63,356 nt of DNA, filler included, from Stramenopiles sp. TOSAG23-3 (GCA_900128585.1; 50 parts of 50 records of this genome joined end to end with filler, not necessarily neighbours in it), one strand, 5' to 3'. Counted from the whole stretch's first letter, positions 1 to 11,590 are shown. The notes: generated by a model from the letters alone, not told the origin. Program-made: numbers and translations.

Positions 1-3000
1 ATACGGGAAGAAAACAGCGAAAAAAGTCGATTTTGGGGGATTAAGTGTCTGCGTGAATTAAGTGACCATGATAATAATAAGGAACCCATGTGGAATAACG
101 CGAACGTTCGCTCTGCACTTGTAGATGCTGGCACGGACAAGGAGAATAGAATTCGGCAGGCAGGCATTGAGGGTCTGAAAAACTTAATCAAAAATGAGAA
201 GAATAGGAAGCCTATGTGGAAAGACAGAAAAGTCCAATCTGCGTTCTTACAGGCTGCTAATAATGATTTTAATGATACTAACTTGAAAATTCAACTGGCT
301 GGAATAGAAGTACTTTTTGATATGACACGTTATAAAAAAATACCCTGGAGTAACCGCAAGTTTCGCAATGCTTTATTGAATGCTGCCGAGGACGAAGACA
401 ACGCCCGGATTCGCCATTTTGGCATACGTGGCCTCCATAACCTCACCATAGTAAAATTGAATAGAAAAAGCATGTGGGATAACGAGCGCGTTCGCGATGT
501 TTTATCTGATGCTGCATCGGGCCAGGAAAAGTTGAAGACTAGAAAATGGGGCGTGAAGGCCCTCGTGAATTTAGCGGATGATAAGGATAACAAGAAGGAC
601 ATGTTCAATAAAGTTAATGTTTTCAGCGCTTTAGAGAATGCTGCACGTGATCAGGACTTGGAAATTCGAGAACGGGGTGTTGACGGTCTTTTACGGCTAA
701 CTTTCGATGTTGATAATAGAGAACCTATGTGGGGTCGTATCGACGCCCGCGCTGCGTTGTTGAGGGCTGCAAGTGCTGACGAGAACGTTGGTGCTATTCG
801 CCTCTTGGGTATGGAAGGTTTTTATAACCTATCCTGCAAAACAAATATCCTGAACGCCATATGGAACGACGAACACGCCCGCAAAGTTTTGTTGGTTGCT
901 GCAAAGGATGAGGCGAGCGACAAAATTCGCCTCAAAGGTTTGGACGGTCTTCTTAACCTATCTCGCGATGCTACGAACATGGAACTCATGTGGGAGGACG
1001 AAGAGGTCCGCACTGTGTTGTGGATCGCTGCAAAAGATAAAGAGAACGCCACAATTCGCAAGAAAGGTATTAAAATCGTTTTGAAGCTAACCTGTTTTAC
1101 GGATAATCGGAAATCCATGTGGAATCATGTCGAAGCCCGCGCTGTGTTGTTGAGGGCTGCAAGTGATGACGAGAACGATGATGAGATTCGCCTCTTCGGT
1201 ATAGAAGGTCTTTATAACCTATCCCGTGATGAAGATAACAAAAGCTCCATGTGGCGCGCCGTAGACGCCCGCAAGGTGTTCTTGATAGCGTCAAGGGATG
1301 TGGAAAATGCCCCAATCCGCAAGTATGGTATGAAGTGTCTCAAGAACCTTGCCACACAAAATGAAAACATAGAACCCATGTGGGACAACGAAGAGGTCCG
1401 CCGCATTTTGGTGGATGCTGCAAGTGATCACACGAACGCTAGCATTGTATGCCAGGGTATTGACTGTCTATGTTACCTAACAAACAGCGATGGCAATATT
1501 AATATCATGCAGACGGACCAAGAAGTTCTCGATGCAATTTCAAACGCTTCAAACTATTGGGGTGCCCGCAACGGTGAGGATTCGGAAAAATCATTGGTCA
1601 AGCGAATCATTCTTCGCGCTAATCAGACTCTTTCAAAACTGAATATTTCACGTAAGGAAGAGGTATCAAGGTTCGGGACAAGTGTTGTAAGCATGCTCCA
1701 GTCATATGTATGGGGGGGCTCATCTGAATCCGGACCCTTGGCCGACGGAGACGGAGATGAGAATCACCCCGAAGACAGAGCATATTCGGATTGCTCGGAT
1801 ACGTTGACTGACCTTAGCGATTTGCAGTTAGAGGTTAATTATAAAAGTGAACTTGAAGCCGTTGAAAATATATTTTTATTCATAGAGTATGAGAACACTG
1901 CACACAATAAATGTGGCAAATGGTTTGAGTATAACATTTCAAAACTTGCTGGAGCTACATTAAAGTTGGAGTGGGGCCGTGAGCGTATCAATGCCCCCAA
2001 AACCAAAGAAATTCTTCTTAGTGCTGCTGTGTATTTTGACCAACACGCTGAGCTTCTTTTGATGCCACCGGAGGGCACCACACCGCAAGAATATATAGCT
2101 CACGGTGGCGCCAAAAGTCATCTTTCGACAGTAAAGCAAGACCTCAAAACAAGCCGTGGCGCATACAACCCCCGCCCAAACGGGCGAAAGGAACAAATAC
2201 GCTTGAACATGTCAAGATTATCAAAACAGTCAAAGCATAATTTTCGTCAGAAACCAGGAAAATCCAAAGCACGGTGTTGCAGCATTTACCTGGAAGATTG
2301 TACTGCTGAGTATACAAAGATGCTCCTGTCACCTTCGCTGACAGGGACCGACAGCCAGTATGAATGTATATACGATGAAGAAGAGTTGTACATTCCAAAC
2401 TTGGACCCTTATGTATGTTTTATGATAAAAAGTAAGTTCACCAGAATACACGTTTTTGCGTCTTCGTTTGGGAATCTACTCAAAATTCTTAGACCAGAGC
2501 AGAAATCATCCCGTGAATCACGGCTCGAAGGGTACTCATTGAATCCTCCTGTGACACATATTACCTCCATATGGGCGGATTATTGCTGCTCTGTGGATAA
2601 TCTCGAGATTCCTAAAAAGGACTTGACATATTTATATGAAAAGGTTATCACAAAAACGAACCCAAGTGCATATATGGGGGTTACCTTCACAATTCGTGGC
2701 GGTGTGCATGTACGTAACCCTAACGACAGAAGGAGTATGTTGTATGCATTAGGAAGAAAGTCTGGGATCCCACAACAGTGTTTACGCTCTAATGATTTGG
2801 TTCAGAAATGGGCCAATGATGTGCAAGGGAAATCATTTTATCTTACACAAGTCCCAGATACTTATGAGTGGTACAATGGAAGAAATGGCAGCTCGCAAAT
2901 GTACTTTCAAATCTTTCAAATGATCGCTTGGGAGGATAAAACTAGTGAATTAAAAGAGAAAATGTACCCTTTTGATTCGCTAGGAATAGATGAAAAATAT

Positions 3001-3873
3001 ATAAAGGAACCCCCGCTAGAGCTGATTCTTGGTAGTGGTGGTTTTGGTTTGGTTCTAAAAAGCCCAAACAATTCGTACCTGCGTAACCATCCGTGCCCAG
3101 CGATAAAGAGGGTTAAGATAGATGATTGGAGACAAAAAAATGATGACGAGAAAATTAAAACTATCAATAACGTGAGACAGGAAATTGACCTCACATCATC
3201 CTTAGACCACCCCAATGTTCTTAAAACATACGGGATGTGTCTTGACAACAAATGCCTAGGACCATTAATCTTGATGGAGTTGGCTAAACATGGAAGCTTG
3301 GAGGAGGCATTGCATGGTTCCAAAAATGTTAGCGCAAAACCAAGACAAATTTTGAAGAATAATCTTGCAAAACGGATTCGAGTCGTGCTAGATGTTTCCC
3401 ACGGTTTACGATATTTACATGATACAAAAAACTTGATTCATAGGGACATTAAACCAGGAAATACTCTGTTAAAAATGGATGGAGAAGAGATAGTTCCAAA
3501 ACTTTGCGACTTTGGCTTAACACGTCAGTTTCACGAGTACAAAACTGACGTTTCTGTGTCCCGAGTTGTGGGGACCCCATGTTATTTGGCACCTGAAAGC
3601 CGCAATAACAGAATAGCTCGCCGATCCGTTGACGTGTTTGCGCTTGGGATCATGGCGATGGAAACTCTGTTACTAAAGAAACCGAAACTGTGGTTGGAAG
3701 AACAGTCAGGGCTTCTCACGACTGATGATGATGGGGAACAGACTCTCCTAACGGAACTTGAAGATTTTGTTGGGTCCATGTACGACAAAGTCTCTGAAAA
3801 GCGCCCTACAATGGCACAGGTCGTCGAAAAGTTGGAAAGCATTAACGAAAAATATACTATCTTGAACTCATGA
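1..3873 (+). CDS. ARM/HEAT-like repeat protein with C-terminal TKL/IRAK-like protein kinase (5'-truncated)
   Basis: Frame is open from base 1 (IREENSEKSRFWGIKCLRELS...). About 12 repeats of 43-44 aa (R..G+.GL.NL....N...MW). Kinase motifs LGSGGFG, AIK, HRDIKPGN, DFG, GTPCYLAPE, DVFALG. Confidence 0.9.
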   Translation: MREENSEKSRFWGIKCLRELSDHDNNKEPMWNNANVRSALVDAGTDKENRIRQAGIEGLKNLIKNEKNRKPMWKDRKVQSAFLQAANNDFNDTNLKIQLAGIEVLFDMTRYKKIPWSNRKFRNALLNAAEDEDNARIRHFGIRGLHNLTIVKLNRKSMWDNERVRDVLSDAASGQEKLKTRKWGVKALVNLADDKDNKKDMFNKVNVFSALENAARDQDLEIRERGVDGLLRLTFDVDNREPMWGRIDARAALLRAASADENVGAIRLLGMEGFYNLSCKTNILNAIWNDEHARKVLLVAAKDEASDKIRLKGLDGLLNLSRDATNMELMWEDEEVRTVLWIAAKDKENATIRKKGIKIVLKLTCFTDNRKSMWNHVEARAVLLRAASDDENDDEIRLFGIEGLYNLSRDEDNKSSMWRAVDARKVFLIASRDVENAPIRKYGMKCLKNLATQNENIEPMWDNEEVRRILVDAASDHTNASIVCQGIDCLCYLTNSDGNINIMQTDQEVLDAISNASNYWGARNGEDSEKSLVKRIILRANQTLSKLNISRKEEVSRFGTSVVSMLQSYVWGGSSESGPLADGDGDENHPEDRAYSDCSDTLTDLSDLQLEVNYKSELEAVENIFLFIEYENTAHNKCGKWFEYNISKLAGATLKLEWGRERINAPKTKEILLSAAVYFDQHAELLLMPPEGTTPQEYIAHGGAKSHLSTVKQDLKTSRGAYNPRPNGRKEQIRLNMSRLSKQSKHNFRQKPGKSKARCCSIYLEDCTAEYTKMLLSPSLTGTDSQYECIYDEEELYIPNLDPYVCFMIKSKFTRIHVFASSFGNLLKILRPEQKSSRESRLEGYSLNPPVTHITSIWADYCCSVDNLEIPKKDLTYLYEKVITKTNPSAYMGVTFTIRGGVHVRNPNDRRSMLYALGRKSGIPQQCLRSNDLVQKWANDVQGKSFYLTQVPDTYEWYNGRNGSSQMYFQIFQMIAWEDKTSELKEKMYPFDSLGIDEKYIKEPPLELILGSGGFGLVLKSPNNSYLRNHPCPAIKRVKIDDWRQKNDDEKIKTINNVRQEIDLTSSLDHPNVLKTYGMCLDNKCLGPLILMELAKHGSLEEALHGSKNVSAKPRQILKNNLAKRIRVVLDVSHGLRYLHDTKNLIHRDIKPGNTLLKMDGEEIVPKLCDFGLTRQFHEYKTDVSVSRVVGTPCYLAPESRNNRIARRSVDVFALGIMAMETLLLKKPKLWLEEQSGLLTTDDDGEQTLLTELEDFVGSMYDKVSEKRPTMAQVVEKLESINEKYTILNS
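721..1440 (+). repeat. Intragenic direct duplication, 390-bp period (three ARM-like repeats)
   Basis: GCTG(C/T)GTTGTTGAGGGCTGCAAGTG at 751 and 1141; GCCCGCAA at about 876 and 1266; TGGGA..ACGAAGAGGTCCG at 991 and 1381. Confidence 0.85.
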
Positions 3874-4915
3874 TTAAACCAAGTCCCCAAAAACATAACA
3901 AGTATTAAATTCATCCCAGTAATTAAAAACAATTTCTTTTAAAAAAGAAATTTGCAAATATTAAAAAAACAATGCGACTAGATTTGTCTCTTTAAAATAA
4001 AAAACCAGTTATCATATTATATTTCATTATTAGAGGATTTTTTTTTTATTATTGCTTCGTAGTCAGTGTTCGATGTTTTTTCTTCGGAGGCTCCTGCGTC
4101 GTTGTTATTATTAAATAAAAATATACCCTAACCCTAACCCTTAAACAATAAAAAATAATATATTAATAATTCCAGAGCATCATTCTATTTCTTCATTTAT
4201 AATATTAATACATATTCTCTTTTCACCACATTTTTTTTGTTTTTTTTTTTTCATTCAAAGATTTTACCTTTTTCTTTACAAGAACAAACGTAGGAAAACA
4301 AAAAGTTTCAGCATTATTAGAAGACTATTTGGACTAATACTTTCGTGGAGTCATCAATGGAATCAAGGTAGAGCTTGCTTCTTCTTGAATTCATTTTTCT
4401 CTTTTTTTTAAAAAAAACAATTTATTTTTTTTTTTTGCTTTTTTTTTTATTCTCCTCTTCTTCTTTTTTTTTTTTGCTGTTTGTTATTCCTATTTAATAA
4501 TAATTTTACTAGTCGTCTAGTAGTTCGTTAGTATTTTGAAAATCTCCTCCTACGAACTAAAAATACCAACTGTTACGTACATCTTCTCCTATAATACCTA
4601 CCATGGTATTATAATAGACTATACGGTATTAAAATTAAAAAATAAAATAATAATAATAAATAGTCTAATAATTGTTTTTTTTTTATTACAGTATTATTAT
4701 TATTGTTGTATTATATTATTATTTAGTTAGTCGACTAATAATACTAATTCAATTCACTTTGTTGCCCATTCCATTAGTCTACATATTGAAATGATTTACA
4801 TAAAGAACGCGTTTTTAAAAGGTAACGAGGAAGTTTAACACACTTCGTTCCACTGCAACACCATAACCTGTATTTCAGGTTTGTAAGTGTTTTCACACGA
4901 CTACCAGTCAGGACA

Positions 4916-5752
4916 ATGCGAATCTCGACCGTCCCGCTAGTTGCCAATTCCGTAGCTTTAGCGACTATCCTTTTATGTTATATTATAGCGACGGCGTCCA
5001 ACCATGTACCGTATTTTCTACCCGATATTACTCACTGCGGTCTTGAATCTCCTGAGCGTTTCGTATTTAGAGCAGGATTTTTGCCTGCATGCTTGATGTT
5101 GGCCGCTGCCTGGCATTGCATCGAAATAACAACGTCTCCGCTGACGCATTTATCTGCCGTGGAGCAAGAGCTACTCGTGCACCAGCAGGGTAGGAACGGC
5201 AAAAGCACCACGGCAATGCTGCATGGCATGGGCTGCAAAATTGGACAGATTGCGGCTGCAATGCTCTATATTGGAAGTTCAGTCATGGAAAAACCAGACG
5301 AGACCATTTGGTCGCTCCACATAGTCTGTGCGTCCGGATTTTTTCTGCTGTCGTTTGTAGCCAACTGTCTTTTCACCTGGTCGATGTGGAACAGACCGAA
5401 TATAATCCAGCCAAAGTCTATCCGTTTCAAGGCAATTTGCATCGTGTTGGAATTTGTTTTGATTTTAGCCAATGTTTCGGTCACAGTGATGCAGCACACG
5501 TCTGTTGCAGAAAAAAAGAGTGGCACTTCTCAAGATTTCCCGGGAGGGGCACTGATCGAATGGCTACTAACATTTTCTCAATTGGCTTTCAATTTTTCGT
5601 TCGTTGCCGATTTGCGAAGAATTGAAGAAGAATTTGTAATAGACGATCAAGATCTGATCGAGCGAACTGTCTTTGGTCTACAGAACAGCTTAGGGAGGAC
5701 CCCCTCGTACTTTTTCGGCGACCCGAAGGATAGAAGATCCAGCATAGGGTAG
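4916..5752 (+). CDS. Frag1/DRAM/Sfk1 (TMEM150-like) membrane protein
   Basis: Complete 278-aa ORF with about 6 TM segments. Motifs LPDITHCG..SPERFVF, LHIVCASGFF and ALIEW...F..SF..DL match the family. Confidence 0.8.
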   Translation: MRISTVPLVANSVALATILLCYIIATASNHVPYFLPDITHCGLESPERFVFRAGFLPACLMLAAAWHCIEITTSPLTHLSAVEQELLVHQQGRNGKSTTAMLHGMGCKIGQIAAAMLYIGSSVMEKPDETIWSLHIVCASGFFLLSFVANCLFTWSMWNRPNIIQPKSIRFKAICIVLEFVLILANVSVTVMQHTSVAEKKSGTSQDFPGGALIEWLLTFSQLAFNFSFVADLRRIEEEFVIDDQDLIERTVFGLQNSLGRTPSYFFGDPKDRRSSIG

Positions 5753-6162
5753 ATGTGGTACGGGCATCGGTAGGTACCGTAAATTGATGGACTATGCACT
5801 CTTGAACAACTTGTTTACAATAATATTAATACACAGAAATGATTATAAAAAATTGGAGTACGAAGTATAAATAATTGGTAATAATAATATATTAATAATT
5901 ATTATATTTTTTATTATTTCACGTGTAGTATTATAGTCTTCTATAAAAAAATAAATAATAAAATAATGTTCTTCATCTATCCTCTTCTTCTCGCCTCTTT
6001 TTTATATCTACGTATTATGAGATGATGAGGATCGTGTAGAGTGTATTATAAAGTGTTATGATTAGGGTACGAGCGACGAGGCACTACTACTCCTAAAAAA
6101 TTTATTTAAAATGAAAAAAGTTTTAAGTATTGATCAGATTTAAAGAGTACTTTCAGTACTCT

Positions 6163-6262
6163 NNNNNNNNNNNNNNNNNNNNNNNNNNNNNNNNNNNNNN
6201 NNNNNNTTAATTAATTAANNNNNNNNNNNNNNNNNNNNNNNNNNNNNNNNNNNNNNNNNNNN
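6163..6262. other. Artificial contig linker N44-TTAATTAATTAA-N44 (first of 49; last at 62201-62300)
   Basis: Identical 100-bp spacer with six-frame stops between contigs of steadily decreasing length. Confidence 0.99.
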
Positions 6263-6634
6263 TCTCTGCCCAGGCGCGTACTGCGTGTAATGCCGCCAGT
6301 GGGGCACAAAGGCGTTCAGGTCGTTGACTTTTATGCCGGCCGAGGACTGGACCTTGATGTCCGGCATGCCGTAGGCAGTGCTTCCGTCGATGTCGTACTC
6401 CGGGCGGCTGCGCACGACGAACTTCTCTGCCCCGCTGCCGCCGACGTCTGCCAAGCGGACGACGTTCCGGATCACGGGCCTGGACGCCTCGATGGCCGCG
6501 GAGCCCTCGGGGGCCACCTCTGCCGTTGTCAGTCCGTTCTGCTGCGCCAGGGCCGCCCGCAGCAGCCCAAGAAAAAACAACAAAACGGGGAAAAATGGGG
6601 GGATCATTGTTCTATTTTTTTTCTTCAACGCCAT
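6263..6634 (-). CDS. Secreted or membrane protein, N-terminal fragment
   Basis: Signal-peptide-like N-terminus (FFPVLLFFLGLLRAALAQQ); GC-rich frame open to the contig end. Confidence 0.55.
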
Positions 6635-7257
6635 TGTTAAAGTACGCCCACGACGTGCAGGCGAGAAGGGCGGCCGGGGACTACTGCACTACGTGGCTGG
6701 CCAGCGGACTGCGCACGTACGGCACCGAAAACGAACGCAAAAAATAGTCCGTCCAAAGGAGACAGCCCGACAAAAGCACCAAGCGGTATCTTCCAACAAG
6801 ATACGCCGAGAAAATATACACGGGAGGGCAACAAAAACAAAACCAAACCCCACGCTTCGTGCACAGAGGGAGACTGTGTGTTGTTGGGAATAGTAATAAA
6901 TCAAGAAGAAGAAGAAACGTTAAATCAAAAGACATGCTAATCATTGCAATAGAAAGGTGAAAAATTAGGAAAAGAAAGAAACTTTTTTAAATATTTTTAT
7001 TCTTTCGTTCTTTTTTCGTTCTTTCTTTCTTTGTTGTTGTTGTTGTTGTTATGTTGCTTCTTCTTCTTCCATTTTGTTGGTTTTCTATCCACATATCTTT
7101 AAACGTTTACTAAGGTATAGGAATGTATTATATATTTATTTAAATTATTATAAATAGGTTTGCTTTTATATATTTAAATAGATATATAATTAATAACTAT
7201 ACTATTTAAACTGTAAGTACCTTAATTATTATCAAATAGAATCTCGAGGGAATGAAA

Positions 7258-7337
7258 CAAACAAAAGAAGAAAACAAAAGAAGAAAACAAAAGAAGAAAA
7301 CAAAAGAAGAAAACAAAAGAAGAAAACAAAAGAAGAA
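7258..7337 (+). repeat. 13-bp tandem repeat (ACAAAAGAAGAAA), about 6 copies
   Basis: Directly visible; runs to the contig end. Confidence 0.9.
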
Positions 7338-7437
7338 NNNNNNNNNNNNNNNNNNNNNNNNNNNNNNNNNNNNNNNNNNNNTTAATTAATTAANNNNNNN
7401 NNNNNNNNNNNNNNNNNNNNNNNNNNNNNNNNNNNNN

Positions 7438-7972
7438 CTTCGACGGCACTGTACTGGGCCCTCAGCCAAGGGGCACCGTCCCACTTCCACGGTCCGGACG
7501 ACCCTTTCGTCGCGTTTTTCAAACAACCCCACGCGGTGGAACACTTCATGTCCACCCGAATGTTCTGCAGCGGCAGTTTGCTCGTTTCACGCAGCGAAAA
7601 GGTCGTCTGTTCTGGGCGGTGAACGTAAGCAATCGACGCAAACACGGTGTACACGCAGACGGCGCTGTAGAAGATCAGGGTGAACGCAATGTTAATTTTC
7701 GAGTGGGACGATGGATCGTGAATAGGGTCTTTTAGGGCGTCAAAGTCGAAAAGAAGGCGGGTGAACGCGCTCTCTTCTTCCTGATCGCCGTCCGTCGTCT
7801 TTGGAGCCGCTGCCCCAGAATATTTGGCGTTCATTGGGTTTGGCCTCATCTCCAGCGCACCCCCGCGTCCCCCCCCACCGCTCGGTGGTCTACGGCTTGG
7901 GTTCGGCGGTCTTCGGGAGTTGGGGTTTCTGCTGGGCGGGGCACCCCTCCGGTGTGTGGAGTTGTTCTTCAT
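7438..7972 (-). CDS. Hypothetical membrane protein, N-terminal fragment
   Basis: ATG at 7972, R/P/N-rich N-terminus, one TM segment (INIAFTLIFYSAVCVYTVFASIAY), then a Cys-containing segment; open to the contig end. Confidence 0.6.
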
Positions 7973-8807
7973 GACTCGCCAGGCTGGATTGGCCTCCACG
8001 CACAGTTTGGTTTTTCGTTTGTCAACGTTTCCTTTTTTGGATTTTCAATTTTTTCTTTCCTTGTTGATCGCTGAGGATGAAAGATAACAGAATATAAAAA
8101 TTAAAAAAATTTGTTACTCTGAAGAAGAAGTTACTTTTTTTTTTTTTTAATTAAAAAATAAATAGAGGGGAGGAGAGACGACGACTAATAATATTATTAT
8201 TATTATTCTCTTCTTCTTCTTCTGCTTCTTTTCCGACGAAGGAGAAGATTCGTTCATTATTATTATTAAGGGTTTGTTTGTTTGACTTTTTGATTAAAAT
8301 TGAGGACATTTAAATAATCATCCTCCTCACTCATTTTTTATTTTTATTCCAGTTCACACGAAGTGATAATTTTTTGATATTATCGGTTTAGAGTTAGGGT
8401 TAGTGAAAAAGTTCTAAGTGAATGGCCTGTCCTGGCGCGTTTTGCGTGCACTTTTAAGTTGGAGTAAAATAGCAGGTGTTTTGCAGCATCTTTTGGTGAA
8501 CGTTTCTTTTGTNNNNNNNNNNNNNNNNNNNNNNNNNNNNNNNNNNNNNNNNNNNNTTAATTAATTAANNNNNNNNNNNNNNNNNNNNNNNNNNNNNNNN
8601 NNNNNNNNNNNNTTTTTTTTAGACCGAGTTTAGCACTGTACATAGACACACTATGGAGCACGGGGTGCAAGAGGGGGTCATGATAGCATAGTCTTGTAAC
8701 ATTATGATGATGATGAAAGACACTAGTCTGCTAAAAAAATATAATTATTTAAGTTTTATATATAAACATTTGATATATCGATTACACTATCGTTATAATT
8801 GTTCATC

Positions 8808-9687
8808 ATGTCGCTTGAATTTTCACGTATTGGATTTGGAACTTGGCAGTTCGGCTGCCTTGGCAAGGATGACTATTGGGGGGTTGAGTTTACCCAGGAT
8901 ATGGCGGTCGAGTACGTTCGCGCGGCCGCCGCGAAAGGGATTACCTACTTCGACACCGCAGAAGATTACTCCAAGGGGCGGAGTGAGAGTCAGCTTGGTA
9001 ATGCATTGAAACAGCTGTCGCCCGAGGACAGAGCAAAATGCATCGTAGGATCTAAAATTCTCCCCAACCACTGCGCGGCATCGGACGTACGGACCTATGT
9101 GATTGGAACTTTGGAACGACTTCAACTCGACTGCATCGATTTGATGATGATACACTGGCCGATATCCCAAAGTGGCATGGCGCATTTTACGAGCTCGGCT
9201 ACGAATGCGGCTGGGGGAAGAGACTATGCCGCAGTCGACGAAGACCATGAAATAACTGTGCCTTCCACCCACGGTGCCTTAAAGGCGTTAGGGGAGCTTC
9301 AGCGGGAGGGGAAAATAAAACATGTCGGCACATCAAACTTTGGAAAAAAACAACTAAAGCAAGCCTTAGAGTGTGGGGTGAAGATAGCAGCCAATCAATT
9401 GTGCCACAACTTGCTGTTCCGTGCGATTGAGTTTGAAATTTTGCCTTTCTGTGTCGAGAACGACATTCAAGTCATAGTGTACTCTCCACTGATGCAAGGT
9501 TTGACCCTTTGCAAATGGATGGAAACCTCAGCAGTGCCGATTTATCGGTCGCGTACTAGGCACTTCAATTGTAACAACGAAGGTTCGAAGTCTCGTCATG
9601 GGGAGCCCGGGCATGAAGACTTGCTCTTTAAGACCCTGGCGAATTTAAAGGCGATTAGCGACAGATCCGGGGTGTCTCTGCTGGATC
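8808..9687 (+). CDS. Aldo-keto reductase (3'-truncated)
   Basis: GFGTWQFG, FDTAEDY, GSK, IDLMMIHWP, GKIKHVGTSNF, YSPLMQG. Confidence 0.95.
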
Positions 9688-9787
9688 NNNNNNNNNNNNN
9701 NNNNNNNNNNNNNNNNNNNNNNNNNNNNNNNTTAATTAATTAANNNNNNNNNNNNNNNNNNNNNNNNNNNNNNNNNNNNNNNNNNNN

Positions 9788-10441
9788 TGCTGGCAGGAGC
9801 GTCCCAGCTTTTAAATTTGCTGCATGCACCTTTTCACTTCGAATTGTATGCACGGTTTTATAGAAGACTTCGTTGCAGTAGTAATTCCCTGCATTGTTTG
9901 ACCAGATTTCACTGACTTGCAGGTCGTCCTTCACCTTGAACGCTTCGTACAACGCAGCCATGAGCCCCGCCTCGTCTTCCTCCAGCAAGTCCTTCAGTTG
10001 GATGTGTCCCCATGGAATTGTCGCCGGGAGATGGCCGCTTGCACCCTCGAATATGGGTTCCCCGGACTCGGCGAGGACATTGTCCGATACCGTTTCAAAG
10101 TGCAAGCTTTTCACTATAGTCCCCGGCGAAGGCGGGTCGAGGCCCATATGGATAATTCCGTCAATCAAAGGTTTCTCACCCTTCTTCAGCATGTCCATCA
10201 CAACGGAAGTCCCACTGTGATTTACATCGATGACGACGGAAGTAAAGCAGACTTTGACTTCCTCAAACGTGCTGCACGAATTGTTCAATCTTTTTGCCAC
10301 GTCTTCGCTCGGGTTGTCCTGGTACGATTGAAACGGGCGAAACCCAACCACCAAAATTTCCAACGAGTCGCTGGTACCGGAGGAGGAAAGAAGAAGAAGA
10401 AGAAAGCACAAGGTAATCCTGTACGTGCACTCCAGCATCAT
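9788..10441 (-). CDS. Pyroglutamyl-peptidase I (C15) with putative signal peptide (3'-truncated)
   Basis: ILVVGFRPF...NPS, IIHMGL, catalytic E (HFETVSDN) and C (NAGNYYCN). Confidence 0.85.
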
Positions 10442-10755
10442 CGTCGTCGTGGTAAATTTGAATTTGAATTGTTGGGTAGATAAATCGATGGAAAGCAGGA
10501 AGGAATCGTTTGTTTGTTTTTTACTTGTTTTCTTTTCGTGGTGAATGTAAATTGAAAATTGAAAAATTGAAAAATTGATTGTTGAAGTTATTATACGTAC
10601 GACGACGTTTTTTTTTTTTTTGGAAGGAAGTTTCTTCTTCTCTCTCTTGATAGGATATATATATAATATTGTACTTGTAGAATACGAAATGTATGATCAT
10701 CAACATCTTTCTTTCTTTATTGTTATTGTTGTTATTATTATATATACGTGTTGTT

Positions 10756-10797
10756 TCTTTCTTTCTTTCTTTCTTTCTTTGGTTTCTTTCTTTGGTT

Positions 10798-10861
<64 letters not shown>
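10756..10861 (+). repeat. (TTTC)n microsatellite
   Basis: Directly visible at the contig end. Confidence 0.9.
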
Positions 10862-10961
10862 NNNNNNNNNNNNNNNNNNNNNNNNNNNNNNNNNNNNNNN
10901 NNNNNTTAATTAATTAANNNNNNNNNNNNNNNNNNNNNNNNNNNNNNNNNNNNNNNNNNNN

Positions 10962-11590
10962 AGGAATTCCGGCGTTTGCAGCGTCAACCAGCTCGGCCAA
11001 TTCGGAAATTCGCGTGGTACAACGTCAATCAAGAAAAAGAAGGAGTGGCCTACGGCAATCCCCATCAAGTCAAAGACAGGGGAATTACCCATCAAAACCC
11101 CGAACGCCAGCAACACCCACGGCAAGGAAATTCCTTTGAACTTGAAGCCAAAAAATCCACAGGGAGCTTCCGCGTTTTTCCGACTCCACATGTACAAAGT
11201 CATAAACACTAGCGCAGGGCCCATGAACGGGAACTCCATGAAGAAGCTGATGAACGACATCACGAGGCCTCCGTACATGAGCATAAACAGGAAATCAGCG
11301 CTTGAGCCTTGGATGTGTGGGCCCACTGGAAACGGATTCTTTTCGTACTGCACCGCATACTTTGTTAAGAAATACAGTTGAAACACGAATGGCAGCCCAA
11401 ACTTGCCAAAAAACATGAAGCATGTCGCAAGGCGCCATATTTGAAACTTGTTAACAATAAGGCCCCAATCAAGGTACAACTGCACGGGGCTGGCAAAGCC
11501 AAGCACCACGGCAACGGTCGATAGCAACGCCGCAACGAGCCAACCTCTTGAAACTGGCGGGAGTTCTTCAAACCACTCTTGAATAGACAT
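10962..11590 (-). CDS. DER1: Derlin (Der1-like ERAD membrane protein, 3'-truncated)
   Basis: ATG at 11590. PPVSR, FQIWRLATCFMFFG, ADFLFML, YMWSRKN, LPWVLL, DLMGIAVGH. Confidence 0.93.

Noticed and set aside
3931..3952. Hairpin after the kinase stop
   Set aside because: Almost purely A/T stem, expected by chance in this composition.
4510..4519. TAGTCGTCT motif (also 47092 and 59035)
   Set aside because: Three hits in TAG/TCG low-complexity context; too weak without a background model.
6207..6218. Regularly spaced TTAATTAATTAA as a CRISPR or satellite repeat
   Set aside because: Always centred in N44 padding; it is an assembly linker.
10575..10917. ORFs of FFLS/KKEE/KQKQ type (also 20291, 42229, 42846, 51975)
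   Set aside because: Translations of microsatellites running into N linkers.
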